Of a stretch of 64,000 bases of DNA, positions 13,217-28,071 are shown in pieces; positions within the stretch are counted from its first letter, which is position 1; each line of letters starts with the position of its first letter. The notes under the pieces were generated by a model. It worked only from the letters and a program-made list of their open reading frames with translations. It did no database searches and was not told the origin of the DNA. Both the position numbers and the translations under genes were made by a program. This stretch comes from Octopus vulgaris. Taxonomy: Eukaryota. The stretch lies in the NCBI GenBank assembly GCA_951406725.2, contig OX597826.1, positions 43,028,001 to 43,092,000 on the forward strand, read 5' to 3'.

Positions 13217-13606
13217 TTTACTCTCTTTACTTGTTTCAGTCATTTGACAGCATCCATGCTGGAGCACCGCGTTTAGTTGAGAAAATCGACCCCAGGACTT
13301 ATTCTTTGTGAGTCTAGTACTTATTCTATCGGTCTCTTTTGCCGAACCACTAAGTTACGGGGACATAGACACACCAGTAACAGTTGTCAAGCGATGTTGG
13401 GCGGACAAACACAGACACACACACACATATATATACATATATACGACGGGCTTCTTTCAGTTTCCGTCTTCTAAATCCACTCACAAGGCTTTGGTTGGCC
13501 TGAGGCTATAGTAGAAGACACTTGTCCAAGGTGCAACGCAGTGGGACTGAACCCGGAACGATGTGGTTGGTAAGCAAGCTACCTACCACACAGCCACTCC
13601 TGCGCC
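13217..13606 (-). mobile_element. SINE family A, full length
   Basis: Reverse complement of family A consensus, head ending 'cagccactcctgcgcc'. Confidence 0.92.
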
Positions 13607-13842
13607 TTCCAACAAAACTTTTATGCTAATTTGTTCCAGATCCCACCTTAATAATGAGAAATTTAATTTTTAAAATTCTTCGTTATTTTTAAAATTAATG
13701 GAAGCAAAAGCAACATGTGTTAACAGAAATATGATAACAAAAGGGCAGAGTCATTACTCTCTATACAATTATTTCTAGCCTTCTTTTAGTGGGGATGGCA
13801 GGGGTAGTAAGAAGGGCATTCAACTGAAGAAACCATATTTAA

Positions 13843-14061
13843 CCCTTTAGTGTTCAGATTATTCTATCAAACATAATGCTTATTGATTCCCATTGATTTG
13901 AATTAATCATGCATTATCTGATATCTTCAAGATCTTGATGGTGTAATTACTTAATGTAGAATAACATTGTAGGGTAGGTGTGAGAGCCTGGATCTGGTCA
14001 GTTTGAACATAAAACAGATTAAATATTTTGGCCGGATATGGCCGGTTTAAATACTAAAGGG
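13843..14061. mobile_element. piggyBac-like MITE family D
   Basis: TTAA|CCCTTTAGTGTT ... AATACTAAAGGG|TTAA terminal inverted repeats with TTAA duplication. It interrupts an RTE-tail element. Confidence 0.85.
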
Positions 14062-14344
14062 TTAAGCAGACACTGGAGTACAATACAATCCTCCGACACA
14101 TTGTATCTGGTCATACAGTCCAACCCATGCTTGCATGGAACATTGACATTAACAGATGATGATGATGATACACCATACATTGTGTATGTTACGCTAAGTT
14201 GCCTTAATGTTTTATTATATAATCAAATATAAGTGAACAGTATGTCTGAATTATTTCATTTCTAAATCATTCCATGGGAGACTTGTCAATCTCTTTAGTG
14301 GTATTTGGTTAAATAACTTCCTCAGTATTACTTCCCAACCTATA

Positions 14345-14652
14345 TTTATGTGTGTGCGTGTATGTGTACATAGTCATACAAATGTACAGATTTATGAGTG
14401 CATATGTGTGGGTGTGCGTGTATGTGTATGTATATATATACACACAAACGTATGTGTTTATATATATATATGTGTGTCTATATATATATATATATACACA
14501 TACACGTATGTGTATGTGTTTATATATATATGTGTGTGTATATATATATATATACACACACACACGTATGTGTATGTGTTTATATATATATATGTGTATA
14601 TATATATATATATATACACGTGTATGTGTGTATGTATATGTGTTTATATTTA

Positions 14653-14706
<54 letters not shown>

Positions 14707-14745
14707 CATACATATATACACACACACACTATACATATATTTATA
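14345..14745. repeat. Compound (TA)/(TG)/(CA) array with higher-order unit 'cacacgtatgtgtatgtgttta(ta)n'
   Basis: Unit visible about four times. Confidence 0.9.
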
Positions 14746-15034
14746 TGTGACATGTGGGTTTCTAATTCTCTAACAACAACAAGGTTCCGACAAAAGAGTC
14801 AAAGAGTTAAGTTAGTTTAAGTGTCAAAACTCTCACGGTATAGTTCTTTTTCTTTCTTTTCTTTTTTTTTTCTTCTTCTTCTTTGCTTTGAATTTATTTC
14901 ATATAATTAAGTCACAGGTTGACAAACAAGTACAGACCTTTCAAAAAGGAAATATTCATAACCATTTTTAAAGAAAATGTGAGAAACTGATATTGAATAG
15001 GAACTAAAAATAAATAAAATCACAAAATAGAATA

Positions 15035-15103
<69 letters not shown>

Positions 15104-15212
15104 TGTTTGGATTGCAGCTTATTGCTCTCAATTATGGCACACCAGCTGACAAGAAAAAATACAATAAATAAACACACACACGTTTATGTGTGAGTGCATG
15201 TAGGCATGTGTA

Positions 15213-15244
<32 letters not shown>

Positions 15245-16330
15245 AGTCAATACTTAAATGCAAAGACTTCAGTCGCAACCAGAAGGTGGGAAAGAGTGTG
15301 TGCAATACTGACAATTGATGTCAAAATAAATACTTATGGAGTTGAAACTTTCAATATTGTGACTCTCAGTTTTGTGTGTGAGCATGCATCAGTGTTTGTG
15401 TGTATTTATATGTATGTATGTATGTATACTAATGCCTGTATTACAACTAGTGCCGTCTATGTTTGTATATAGATCACAAATATAGTCAATTTTAACCTAA
15501 TGCTGTTTCAAGAGCAAATATTGATTTAATTTTAGCTTGGTCACCTTTCGTATACACCAGTGAGCAGTTTGTGTAACAATTTATATATGAGAAGGAATAG
15601 TTTTCAATTAAGCTTAGAATATCTGGGATTGTCTGCCACTGAGGAGACCAAATTAGGTCAAAACACTAGTGTCTGATGATAATCCACCATCATCATGAGC
15701 AAGCTCTGCCCTTCCAAACACACAACCACTTTTGAGAAATTTTTTCCGATACATAAGATTACAGCTGGTTAATAGAAACTATCTTGGATACTTCTCAGTT
15801 TGTGTAGCATTGAGAATTTCTAAAAATTCTTCTATCATAGTTTGTTGTCACGATTGGATATATTATATCAATGCCTAGTTGTAGAAATAATGGTTGAAGT
15901 ATCAGATTAAACGCATGACATCATTGAGTTATGTCACTTCTTATATTTCATGTACACATCCTGTTGAAGCTGACATTGTTTGTCATGTTTTTAGGATTGA
16001 TAAAATAATGAGATGATTCAGTGCTGGGGGGATGGATTAAGTTCAAAACCAACTACACTTCCTCTCAAAATGTGTGGCTTTATGCAAATACTGAAAATTT
16101 TCCTCCTCCTCTTTGCTGCTGTCACTATCACAATCATCATCATCATTATTATTATTATAAATATTAGGTATGGCTGTGTGGTCTCTGGTTCAGTCCCATG
16201 TGACACCTTGGAGAAGTGTCATCTAATATAGTCCCAGGTCAACCAAAGCTTTGTAAGTGGATTTGGTAGACAGAAACTGAAGGAAGACCATCATATATGT
16301 GTGTGTGTGTGTTCCCTTGTCTTGATATCA

Positions 16331-16485
16331 CATTGACATTAACAGATGATGATGATGATACACCATATATTATGTATGTTACGCTAAGTTGCCTTAATGT
16401 TTTATGTCTCCCATGGAATGATTTAGAAATGAAATAATTCAGACATACTGTTCACTTATATTTGATTATATAATAAAACATTAAG
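16331..16485. repeat. Templated copy of 14141-14282 (direct half plus inverted half)
   Basis: 16331-16405 matches 14141-14215 with 2 mismatches. 16406-16485 is the reverse complement of about 14203-14282. Confidence 0.92.
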
Positions 16486-18033
16486 CAAGCTTCCCTTTCA
16501 TACAAGTGATGATGTTTGTTTCTAGTCCTCCACTGGAAATGCATCTAATTATGGGGGACATATTACCTTACTTGGGAAAGAGGATAGAGAGAGAGAAAGA
16601 GAAAGACAGAGATATAAAGTTACAAGGATGAAATACAAAACTGACCGTGGCAGGATTTGAACTCAGATCATAGAGGCTTGCAAAAAATGCTGCAAGGAAT
16701 TCTTCTTACACTCTAAACTCTAATGACTCTACCACCTTAATCTCATATTTATAATATTTCAGGCATAATTAAAAAAAAAAAAAAAAAAAAAAAATTTAAA
16801 TACATAAATAAAAATTTCTCAAAAACCCTAAAATAATAATAAAAAAAGCTTTGCTAACTTTGAGCATTTAACAAATGAATGTCTGTTTGACAAAAATCTT
16901 CAAAAGATTTTTGGTATGCTGTGTGTTAGAGTGAAATTTGTCACCATACTTTTAACGAAGTATCCTCACTGGGTTAATTTACTCTGGTCCTGCTTTTAAT
17001 TGGTTTGTGACAGTGACAATTTGATTATTAAGTCAGTACCTGATACTCTTTCACTAATTAAATTGGAATCCTTGTCAATAAAATAATACTACTGACGATG
17101 ATGATGAAAAATATTAAAAATAATTACAATAGTGCTATGATAGGGGGAAAGCAGTAGATACTGTTATTATTATTACTATTATTATCACTACTACTACTAT
17201 CAAAAATAAAAATATCAAATGTACAAAATTGATTGTTTTTCTTAAATACTTATTTTTTTATGAAGTTGATAGAAGTTTTAATTTAAGATAAATTAAGCTC
17301 TCATTATATAATTTTTTTTTAAAGTGGTAGTCCCAAGTGTATGGTTGTGTCTTAAAGCAAGGAGAACAATTCAGAAATGAGGAAAAAATACAAACAAAAC
17401 AAAATGCATAAAAAAAAAAATTACTGAATAAAATTCAACATATTTGAGATATTTTCTGAATTTTTAAGTTGAGAAAAAAAAAAAACAAACAAAAAAAAAG
17501 TAAAAGTCAAATATAATTCAAAGGAGTAAAATGTTGGAAGAGCTTCAAGTTTGTTAGAATTGATAAAAGGAGTTATAATAGAGATAGGCAGCTTAAGAAC
17601 TAATAATGATGATTATTAAAACAGGCTGAAGTCCACAAATAATTTTAGGAGAAGTGACCCTTTAATTAAATCAGCCCTACTATTTGAGTTTGGTGAGCTG
17701 GCAGAATTGTTAGCATGTTGGACAAAATATTCAGTAGCATTTCTTTAAGCTCTTTACATTCGGAGTTCAAATCCCTATGTGATCGATAAAATAAAGTACC
17801 AGTTAGGTACTGGGATCCTTGTAGTCAACTTGTTTGCTTCCTTCAAAATAGCTGGACTTGTTGAACCTTGCAATGACTGGAATCCCATTCAGAGGGATTG
17901 TTGTGATCTTGATCACTTAATCACCATAAAAGCCAGGTAACGTATTTTGTGAACACCAGAACAATAAAATGTGAAGCCAACTCTAATAGGAATTGAACTC
18001 AGAATGCAAAGGGAATGAATTTATGAACCTTTA

Positions 18034-18461
18034 TTAAGGTGAGACAGTGTCACGTGACAACTTGCTGGGACTGCCTGTGAGGTGACGGTCGTTTAGAAAA
18101 AGCGCGGGCTAAAACTACGCACCTTCACTAGTCAGTTAAGGTGAGACAGTGTCATGTGACAACTTTCTGGGGCTGCCTGCTGGAGCCTATGCGGCAGGTA
18201 TTTAAAGGGAAAAATTTGACAAGACAGTCAGTCACCGGCTGACACTCACTGACGATACATCGAAGAGGCCAGGGAACAGAAGAAAGAAGACATGCACCCA
18301 ACACCAGAGCTGAAGACACCTCCGAAAGTGGGGGCCCTGCCACGTCAAAACAGTAGAGGAGTAGGGGCCAAAACCGGACGTGGTTCCTCCTGATGATGTC
18401 TTGAGCTAACTGGATCCTATAAAGGAGCTGTTGTGGTAGCAGACCACGAAACACAGTTGTA
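18034..18461 (+). mobile_element. Penelope-like retroelement terminal-repeat remnant
   Basis: GC-rich island with a 44-bp direct repeat (18034-18077, 18136-18179), a TATA-like 'ggtatttaaa', and CTGAnGA...GAAAC hammerhead-type motifs. Confidence 0.6.
18353..18461 (+). ncRNA. Hammerhead ribozyme-like motif
   Basis: GTA (18353-55), stem I GAGGAGT/GTTCCTC (18356-62/18383-89), CTGATGA (18390-96), long stem II (GTCT/AGAC, GCTA/TAGC, TCCT-ataa-AGGA), CGAAAC (18447-52). Stem III and the base of stem II are imperfect. Confidence 0.55.
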
Positions 18462-18661
18462 ATTCCAATGAATTTTGGTATTAGCCTGGAGCTCTATTTT
18501 TTTCTGTATATCTACTGATTCTTGCTAAAGTAGGAATAATGGTAACATAAAGGTGTGAAATATAATAAGGTGCAGGGAATGGCCAACAGCAAATGACAAA
18601 TAAGAATATAGATTTGAATTAACTCTTTTGGTACAGAAAAAAAAAGCAAAAAACAAAAAAA

Positions 18662-19210
18662 AACTGGCATTCTGTCAGTTATGACAATGAGTATTCTAGT
18701 CGATACAGTCAATGGAAGACCTTGCTTATGAAATTAAAATGCAAGTGGTTGAGCACTTCAAAGACACATGTACCCTTAACCCTTTTGTTACTGTATTTAT
18801 TTTGAGATGATCTGTATTTCTTTCAATTACTTGAAATATAACAAAGAATTTAGTAAAATAACTTGGTTATCATTCAGCTAGTTTTAGGAGCATAAATTGT
18901 GACTAAGGTTTGGTGAAAGATTTTAATTCAAAACTTATGAAAACAAGACATTTTATTCAGAGCCAGGGCCAGTTTCAGCCGGGCTGGTAATGAAAGGGTT
19001 AAAGTTGTTCTCAGGGAGATTCAGCATGACACAGAAATGTGACAAGGCTGGCACTTCGGGTTACATGTAGAATTCATTTTTGCTAGCTAAGTGGGCTGGA
19101 GCAATGTGAAATAAAGTGTCTTACTCAAAGACACAATGCACTGTCAGGAATTGAGCTCATGACGTTATGACTGAGTTGAATACCTTAAGCATTAAGCCAT
19201 GCGCCTTCAC
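18662..19210 (-). mobile_element. tRNA-derived SINE family F, interrupted by a MITE
   Basis: Minus head 'gtgaaggcgcatggctta...gagctcaattcc...gtgtctttgagtaagacactttatttcac'. The sequence rejoins across the TTAA at 18776/18999. Confidence 0.75.
18780..18998. mobile_element. piggyBac-like MITE family E
   Basis: TTAA|CCCTTTTGTTAC ... GTAATGAAAGGG|TTAA. Close match to 29705-29924. Confidence 0.88.
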
Positions 19211-19939
19211 TCTTTTGGTACTAACTTTCTTGAGACTGCCCTTGGTCCTATGCTATAAACTTTGTTTCAAAGGGGTCTGTATTAAACATTTCCCACAAAA
19301 TTTCATGTTAATTTATGCTTCCAGCTTCATAACGACAATTATTTTACTAAAATCCTCATTTTTATAATTAATAAAAGAAAAAAAAAAATTTTTTTACTGA
19401 AATATAGGAATGAAAGTGTTAAAGTGGCCTAAATTAAAAACTCCTATAAAAAATTTCCTGTTATTTTATGTTCCAAACATCAACTTAATAATAACAAAAT
19501 TATTTTACTGAATTCTTTGTTATTTCCAAAATCAATTGAAACCAAGGCAGTGTATTTCTACAGAAATATGGTAGCAAAAGGGATAAAAAACAGTAAATTC
19601 ATATGAAGGTTTAGTTAGAGAGAATCTGTGAATATACATATGGAAAACTTAACCAATTATGTTAATGGAATCAAAAATTTTGTTGCAACTTTCTCAATCT
19701 TTAATGATGAATGATTTATGAGTAATTCAGTGAAGCATCTGCAAGTCTTTCTTCATACTCGCTAGAATTTGTAATAATTATTTTCTCCTATCTTTTATCT
19801 TTAGATCAATATCCCTTTGGGGAGTTTTTAAAAATTATTTTTCTATTTCCACACATTTTCCTACTAATTCTCAACATGCCACAGTTAAGACTGAACCTTA
19901 ATTACACTAACAAGACTCAACCATCCTTTCTACCATTCC

Positions 19940-20240
19940 AGTGCTTCTCAACTTTTTCCTTCCCATGATCCCCTTTTATTTAAGTAAATTTTTCCCCATG
20001 GACCCAGGATGTGGAAAGGTCTGTCAACTCAATAAGGTAATTCATTAACTAACAACAAACTCGTTTTCCCAGCTTCATCTCTCATTTATGCAAGAGAATA
20101 ATTAATTGGCTAATTATACATTTTACACTACAGCCTTTTGATATTTTAAACACCATTCACAACCCCTCCCCCTCCAGTACCGTCTTTATGAATCCCTTCT
20201 CCCACCTCAGGGGTTCATGAACCATAGGCTTGAAACCTAC
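19940..20240. mobile_element. Diverged hAT-like MITE
   Basis: Starts 'cagtgcttctcaactttttcc', similar to the elements at 2670 and 56545. Confidence 0.5.
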
Positions 20241-20424
20241 AGCTTAGAAAGTCATGGCGACAGTCTGTCTTCTTGGATCTAACAGAAATAATAGAAGAAT
20301 TCTGTCCATATTTGCTGTTGTTATTGAGCAGTTCTGTTTATTATGCGATAACTTATTGAACACTTTGAAACAATCCACATGCCCAGTCTCTTGATAAACA
20401 GACAATATAAAATATTGAACGTTT

Positions 20425-21324
20425 TGACCCTTTCGTTAACACATTTCTATTAAGCTACACAAGCTTTGTTTTAATTCATCTTGAAAATAATGAAGTATTT
20501 AGTAAAATAACTTTGTCATAATTAAGCTGGTGTTTAAGGCAGTGAGCTGGCAGAATCATTAGCATGTTTGACAAAAGGCAAGCTGTTCAGGGGAAATGTT
20601 GTGATCTTGGTCACTTATGCACCATGGAAACCTGGTAACTAGCCTTATTAGTTTCAGAGCTCAAGGTGAAAAAAGCAGACCAAAAAAAAAAAAAAAATCC
20701 TTGGTGTTTGGAACATAAATTAACATGTAATTCTGATGTAAGGTTTCTAATGTGGATCACTTTAACCCTTATTTATTCACATTCTTCTTCTTCTTATTCG
20801 TTTAACATCCATATTCCATGCTAGCATGGGTTGGACGGTTCAACCGGGCTCTGGGAAGCCAGGAGGCTGCGCCAGGCTCCAGTCTAATCCAGCAGTATTT
20901 CTACAGCTGGATGCCCTTCCTAACGCCAACCACTCCATGAGCATAGTGGATGCTTTTTACGTGCCACCAGCACAGGGGCCAGAGGAGGCTGGCAAATGGC
21001 CACGATCGGCTGGTGATTTTTATGTGTCACTAGCATGAGTATCATAACTACAATTTTCATTTGATTTTTATTTTGATGTTGATGTACTTGACTCAATAGG
21101 TCTCCTCAACCACAGCGGGGTCACCCTACAATCCAAGGTTAGCACAGCAGGCTGTCCAACATTGTAGGGTAGATTTAAGAAGCTAGATCTGGCCAGTTTC
21201 AACATGAAGGTAGAATATTTAGGCTGGACATAGCCAGTTTTAATGCTAAAGGGTTAAAACAGGAAGTTTGTAACACAGTGACAGGGGCCAGTCTCAGGAG
21301 GGTCAATATCAAAAAATGACTAAG
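20425..21324. mobile_element. Nested cluster: MITE E containing a SINE fragment and MITE D, which contains an RTE 3' tail
   Basis: SINE fragment 20536-20701 is flanked by TGGTGTTT repeats. MITE D lies between TTAA at about 20762 and 21254. Minus-strand RTE tail starts at about 20795. Confidence 0.7.
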
Positions 21325-22454
21325 ACATACTCCATCATTATGAAGTTGTGGCTATATCCATTTTCATAATGATAATGCATTATTAAGGAGGTGAGCTGGA
21401 AGAATAGTGAGAGTGTCAGAAAAGAACACCATGTGGTATTGTGGTTCTTTATGTTCTGAGTTCAAATCCCACTAGAGACAACTACGTCTTTCGTCCTTTT
21501 GAGATAGATAAAAATAAAGTACCAGTCATGTACAAGTTCAATGGTATTGATTAACACTCTCCCCTCAAAACTTTTGGTTCTGTGCCTAAATCAGAGACAC
21601 TGTTGTTTTATCATTCCTAAAAGTATGATAAGTGTGATAGGCAAAGTCAACTCTTAAAGGTTATGCACACAAAATGTAGTAAGACTCTGTTTGTTGAACT
21701 GCTAGGTCATGGAACATAACACACAGAGAACTGGTATCAATGTAAAGGCAAACATAGAGCAGACATACATAAACAGAAATTTCAGTAGAACTGGTACATG
21801 GAAACTGAGAAGATGGCAGTTATACACACACACATGCATACACATAAATACACATGCATATACATAAGTATATACACACATACACACACACACACACAGC
21901 TATATATATGGTATATGACAATTTATATCAATATATGATTTACATCATCACAGAAAGGTTAATGTCATTATATTCAAAACGTTAAGGTTTCTTTTCTTTT
22001 TAATGTTTTCAACAATTTCCATGAAATCTATCGATATTAGTATTAAGACAAGAATTGAAAATATTTGTGAATATAAAAGACAAAGAAAGAAAAACACATA
22101 CACACACACTAAAAAAAAAATAGTTACCTAAATATAAAATTTAATTATACTCCTAAACTTACTGACATTTCATAGATAATACAATTGGAAATATGTATTT
22201 ATCCAAATTTTTATAGTTAAATAGCTTTAAGCTGTATGTTAAATCATTATCTGAAAGATTTACCACATTTTCAAGAGAGAAAGAGTGTTTGTTTCAGACT
22301 TGTTTGTTTATTTTGAAAGAATGAAAATTGTTAATGTAGTTTTTTTTTTATTCAAGTTGTCACAAATTCCTTTAGGTTACTAATTTATATAGCATCAATA
22401 TAGATTGTCTATTTTGAAAAGCACCACAAAGATTAATGGCAAAAAAAAAAACCG

Positions 22455-22493
<39 letters not shown>

Positions 22494-22522
22494 GTAATAA
22501 TAATAATAATAACGATGATGAT
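22455..22522. repeat. (AAT)n microsatellite
   Basis: Trinucleotide run; source of the poly-Y ORF. Confidence 0.95.
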
Positions 22523-23702
22523 GAATCGTAAGATTATAATCATAGGTAAATAATTCTCGGTGAGTTTTTGAAAACTGAAACTCCTCGACAAATGTATTTG
22601 AAATAAATACGTTTGACAAAAATCATTGAAAAGTAGACAGTGATGATGATAGGAAAATGTGAATTTGGTAGCATTAACAACAGATCACAGGTTGCTAAAA
22701 CTTTACAATTTATTAGTCTTTTGAAGTAATAATTACAGAGTTTGAATTCAATTTAAACTTCTATCAAACAAACTTAAATTAAAGTGCAGTTTAACCAAAT
22801 ACTCTCACATATAAGACACACAACTAATGTTTTATATATATATATATTGACTTAAATGATATTGGAGAAGTCGCATAACACTATGTAAGTTACTTTTCGA
22901 TTATTTATTGACATAGAGGAGTGGTACACACCCTTAACTTTCGTGGGCCACCATGGTAGAGTTTGGGGTTTGATGTTTAGCAGAGAGGGTTTAAGAGATA
23001 AAACATTGTGTGAATGATGAAAAGATGAAAGGCAGGTAATTTCATTTACTGTTTATTCATGAATAAGTCACAATATTACGTATTTGATTTTAACTGAAAA
23101 AAAAAACAAACAAAAAAAAAACTGGTGTACAACATACACATGGGGCAATGCTAAAAGTGTGAAGGGAAAAAAATTTGAACCAAGATTCAACCCTAAATTT
23201 AAGGTGCCCAAGGATCAGCAGGTGATGCTGAATAGGGCAATAAAATTAAGTCTACCATCCATGTAGGCGTCAGCATGATTTGAACTCAATTATAAGGTAT
23301 ATTACCTGATACTCTAAGCTGGCCATTGCCACTGGTCTGCTGTCTTCTAGAGCTACCATCAACCAAATTCACTCACAAAGCATTGGTTGATGTTAGCCTG
23401 TTGTAGACTACACTTGCTCAGGGTGTTGTACAGTGGAACTGAACCCTAAATCACATGGTTATGAAGTAAATTACTTACCACAGCTGCACTACTTACTTAC
23501 TTACTTATTATTATGCTTAGTGGCATTTCGGTTCTGTATTTATGCTCTGAGTTCAAATTCCACCAAGGGCAGCTTTGCCTTTCATCCTTTTGGGGTTGAT
23601 AAAATAAGCACCAGTTGAAACTGGGGTCAATGTAATTGACTGAACACCTCCATGAAAGTGCTGGCCTTGGGCCAAAATTTGAAATCATATTCATCATTAT
23701 TG

Positions 23703-23751
<49 letters not shown>

Positions 23752-24075
23752 GGCAGTGTTTTGGCAGATTTGTTAGCATACCAGATAAAATGCTTAGTGG
23801 CATTTTGTCCATCCATGTTCTGAGTTGAAATTCCTTCAATGTTGACTGTCTTTCATCCTTTCAGGGTTGATGAAATAAGTACCAGTCAAGTACTGGGGTA
23901 GATGTTATCAATTAAACCCATCAAGTAGAGAGGATTATTATCATTACTATTGAAAACGAAATATTTTATGGTTTTGAAGGGGAAAGCAGCGTCTACAAAC
24001 CACTTTTTCAGGACAGCTAAAACTGGTAAGAGGGATGGTGGGAGTTATTCCCAGACTGAGGAATTAAGACAAATT

Positions 24076-24677
24076 CTTATGTTTTTTATCGCGCACAAAG
24101 GGCTAAACACAGAGGGGACAAACAAGGACAGACAAAGGGATTAAGTCGATTACATCGATCCCAGTGCATAACTGGTACTTTATTTATCGACCCTGAAAGG
24201 ATGAAAGGCAAAGTCGACTTCGTCAGAATTTGAACTCAAAACGTAACAGCAGATGAAATACCTATTTCTTTATTACCCACAAGGGGCTAAACACAGAAGG
24301 GACAAACAAGGACAGACATAGGTATTAAGTCGATTACATCGACCCCAGTGCGTAACTGGTACTTAATTTATCGACCCCAAAAGGATGAAAGGCAAAGTCG
24401 ACCTCGGCAGAATTTGAACTCACAACGTAACGCAGACGAAATAATATATTTCTTTACTACCCACAAGGGGCTAAACACAGAGGGGACAAACAAGGACAGA
24501 CGAATGGATTAAGTCGATTATATCGACCCCAGTGCGTAACTGGTACTTAATTTATCGACCCCGAAAGGATGAAAGGCAAAGTCGACCTTGGCGGAATTTG
24601 AACTCAGAACGTAACAGCAGACGAAATACCGCTAAGCATTTCACCCTGCGTGCTAACGTTTCTGCCAGCTCGCTGCC
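24076..24677 (-). mobile_element. SINE family B tandem trimer
   Basis: One head (ends 24677) followed by three ~180-bp body units, with junctions near 24445 and 24262. Confidence 0.92.
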
Positions 24678-25449
24678 TGAAGCCACATTCTTGCAGTACG
24701 GCTGACTCTGCAAAAGGCACCCAAATATCCTTCTTGTTGCCAACTCATTATCCGTTTCCAAACCAGACATGTTTTTCATGAAAGAGTGGAAACAAACAAC
24801 TTTGCTTGTATGATGACAACTATCATACACAGAGTACAGACACAGAGACCAGACTATCAAATCCATTCACAAGACTTGGATTAGGCTGGAGCTATAGTAG
24901 AAGACACTTACCCAAAGTAGTGTGTGGTGGGACTGAACTCAGGATCACATAGTTAGGAAGCAAGCTTCATAATTATACAGTCATACCTATACCAACACAC
25001 CAACACACACACACACACACATAGCATTTTCTTCTGAGCCATCACGAGATATTCTTATCTCTGGACCAGTATTATTAATTTTAATTTAAAAGAACATTTG
25101 ATATATTACCTCTAAGGATTATTACAAGAAACCAAATCTCATTTAATCCTGTTATTCTTTAACCTAATTTTCTTCCTAAGGTAGATGAGAGAAGGTAAAA
25201 TTAGCAGCTTAAACTGATAATACTGCTACAATAAATCCCTGTGTATACATTCACAGTTCCACTGCACCTTCTTGAGTTAATTCATTTCTTAACTACCCCT
25301 CCAAAGATGCCCAACCCTCCTGCTATACTTCTTATAGATTAAATCTGCTTCATCAGTTTCTCATATATATACCTGGAAAAACATTATAAACACATATATA
25401 TATTTACACACACCTATACAAATGCACATACACCTACACACATATATAA

Positions 25450-25507
<58 letters not shown>

Positions 25508-26075
25508 GCACACACAGTCACACATTATAAATATATGTAAATATATATATTAGTGTTATTAAGTTTGACATAATCTGGGCTAATACTAAGTTCATATGTG
25601 TGTGTCCACGTGATATATCTATCTATCTATCTATATATATATATGTATGTGTATATGTATATATATACATGTATGCACATACAATCACAGCTTTTCACAT
25701 ATATCTTATGCTAAGATTTGCAATTACACACTCTATTATGTGAATTGAAAGTGCCTTGCCAATGATCTTTTCTCCAAATGTAAAAATGACACAGCTTTCA
25801 ACAATATGTTGCATAGTATTAAATATGCAGAAAAAAAAAATCAAAAAGAATACATTAAAAAAAAAAAAATGATATATGAAGAAGCTATCAATATAGTATT
25901 GTCAGTCAGTTTAAACGATTTTTAGAAAATAGTAGTTGTGTCATTATTTTCTTCTCCTTTCACAGAACAGTTTCTCCTCTTTTGTAACAAAGAAAATAAC
26001 TAAATAATCTAGTGTGATATAGCTATAGAATAAGAGAGTTTATAGAAGGTTTTTGTTATTTTTGAAAATGTGAGC

Positions 26076-27719
<1,644 letters not shown>

Positions 27720-28071
27720 AAGAAGCTTCAAACTTTTGGTTAGCAACAATAAATAGAACAAAGATGATGCCAGAATAAACAAAATTATGATTGGAAAGAA
27801 CAAGAGGGGAAAAGAAACGCATCTTCCAATAAAATGAATCCAAACAGAAGAATATATAATAATTCTCCTGGTAATTATTATTTGTCACTAAGAATTATAC
27901 TATTAATAAGTCGTAAAAATAATACTTGTACGTTTCTAATTTTATTTTTTTTAGCACCATTTCAACAAGTTAATATGTGTATTATCTTTCTAGAGAGCAA
28001 ACTAATCGTCTGGAACACTATTTTAGACAGTCCATCAATTTTCTAGCTCACATAAAACTGAACTTTGTTGC

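Noticed and set aside
22947-22973. Perfect Kozak context GCCACCATGG
   Set aside because: The ORF stops after six codons and there is no promoter evidence.
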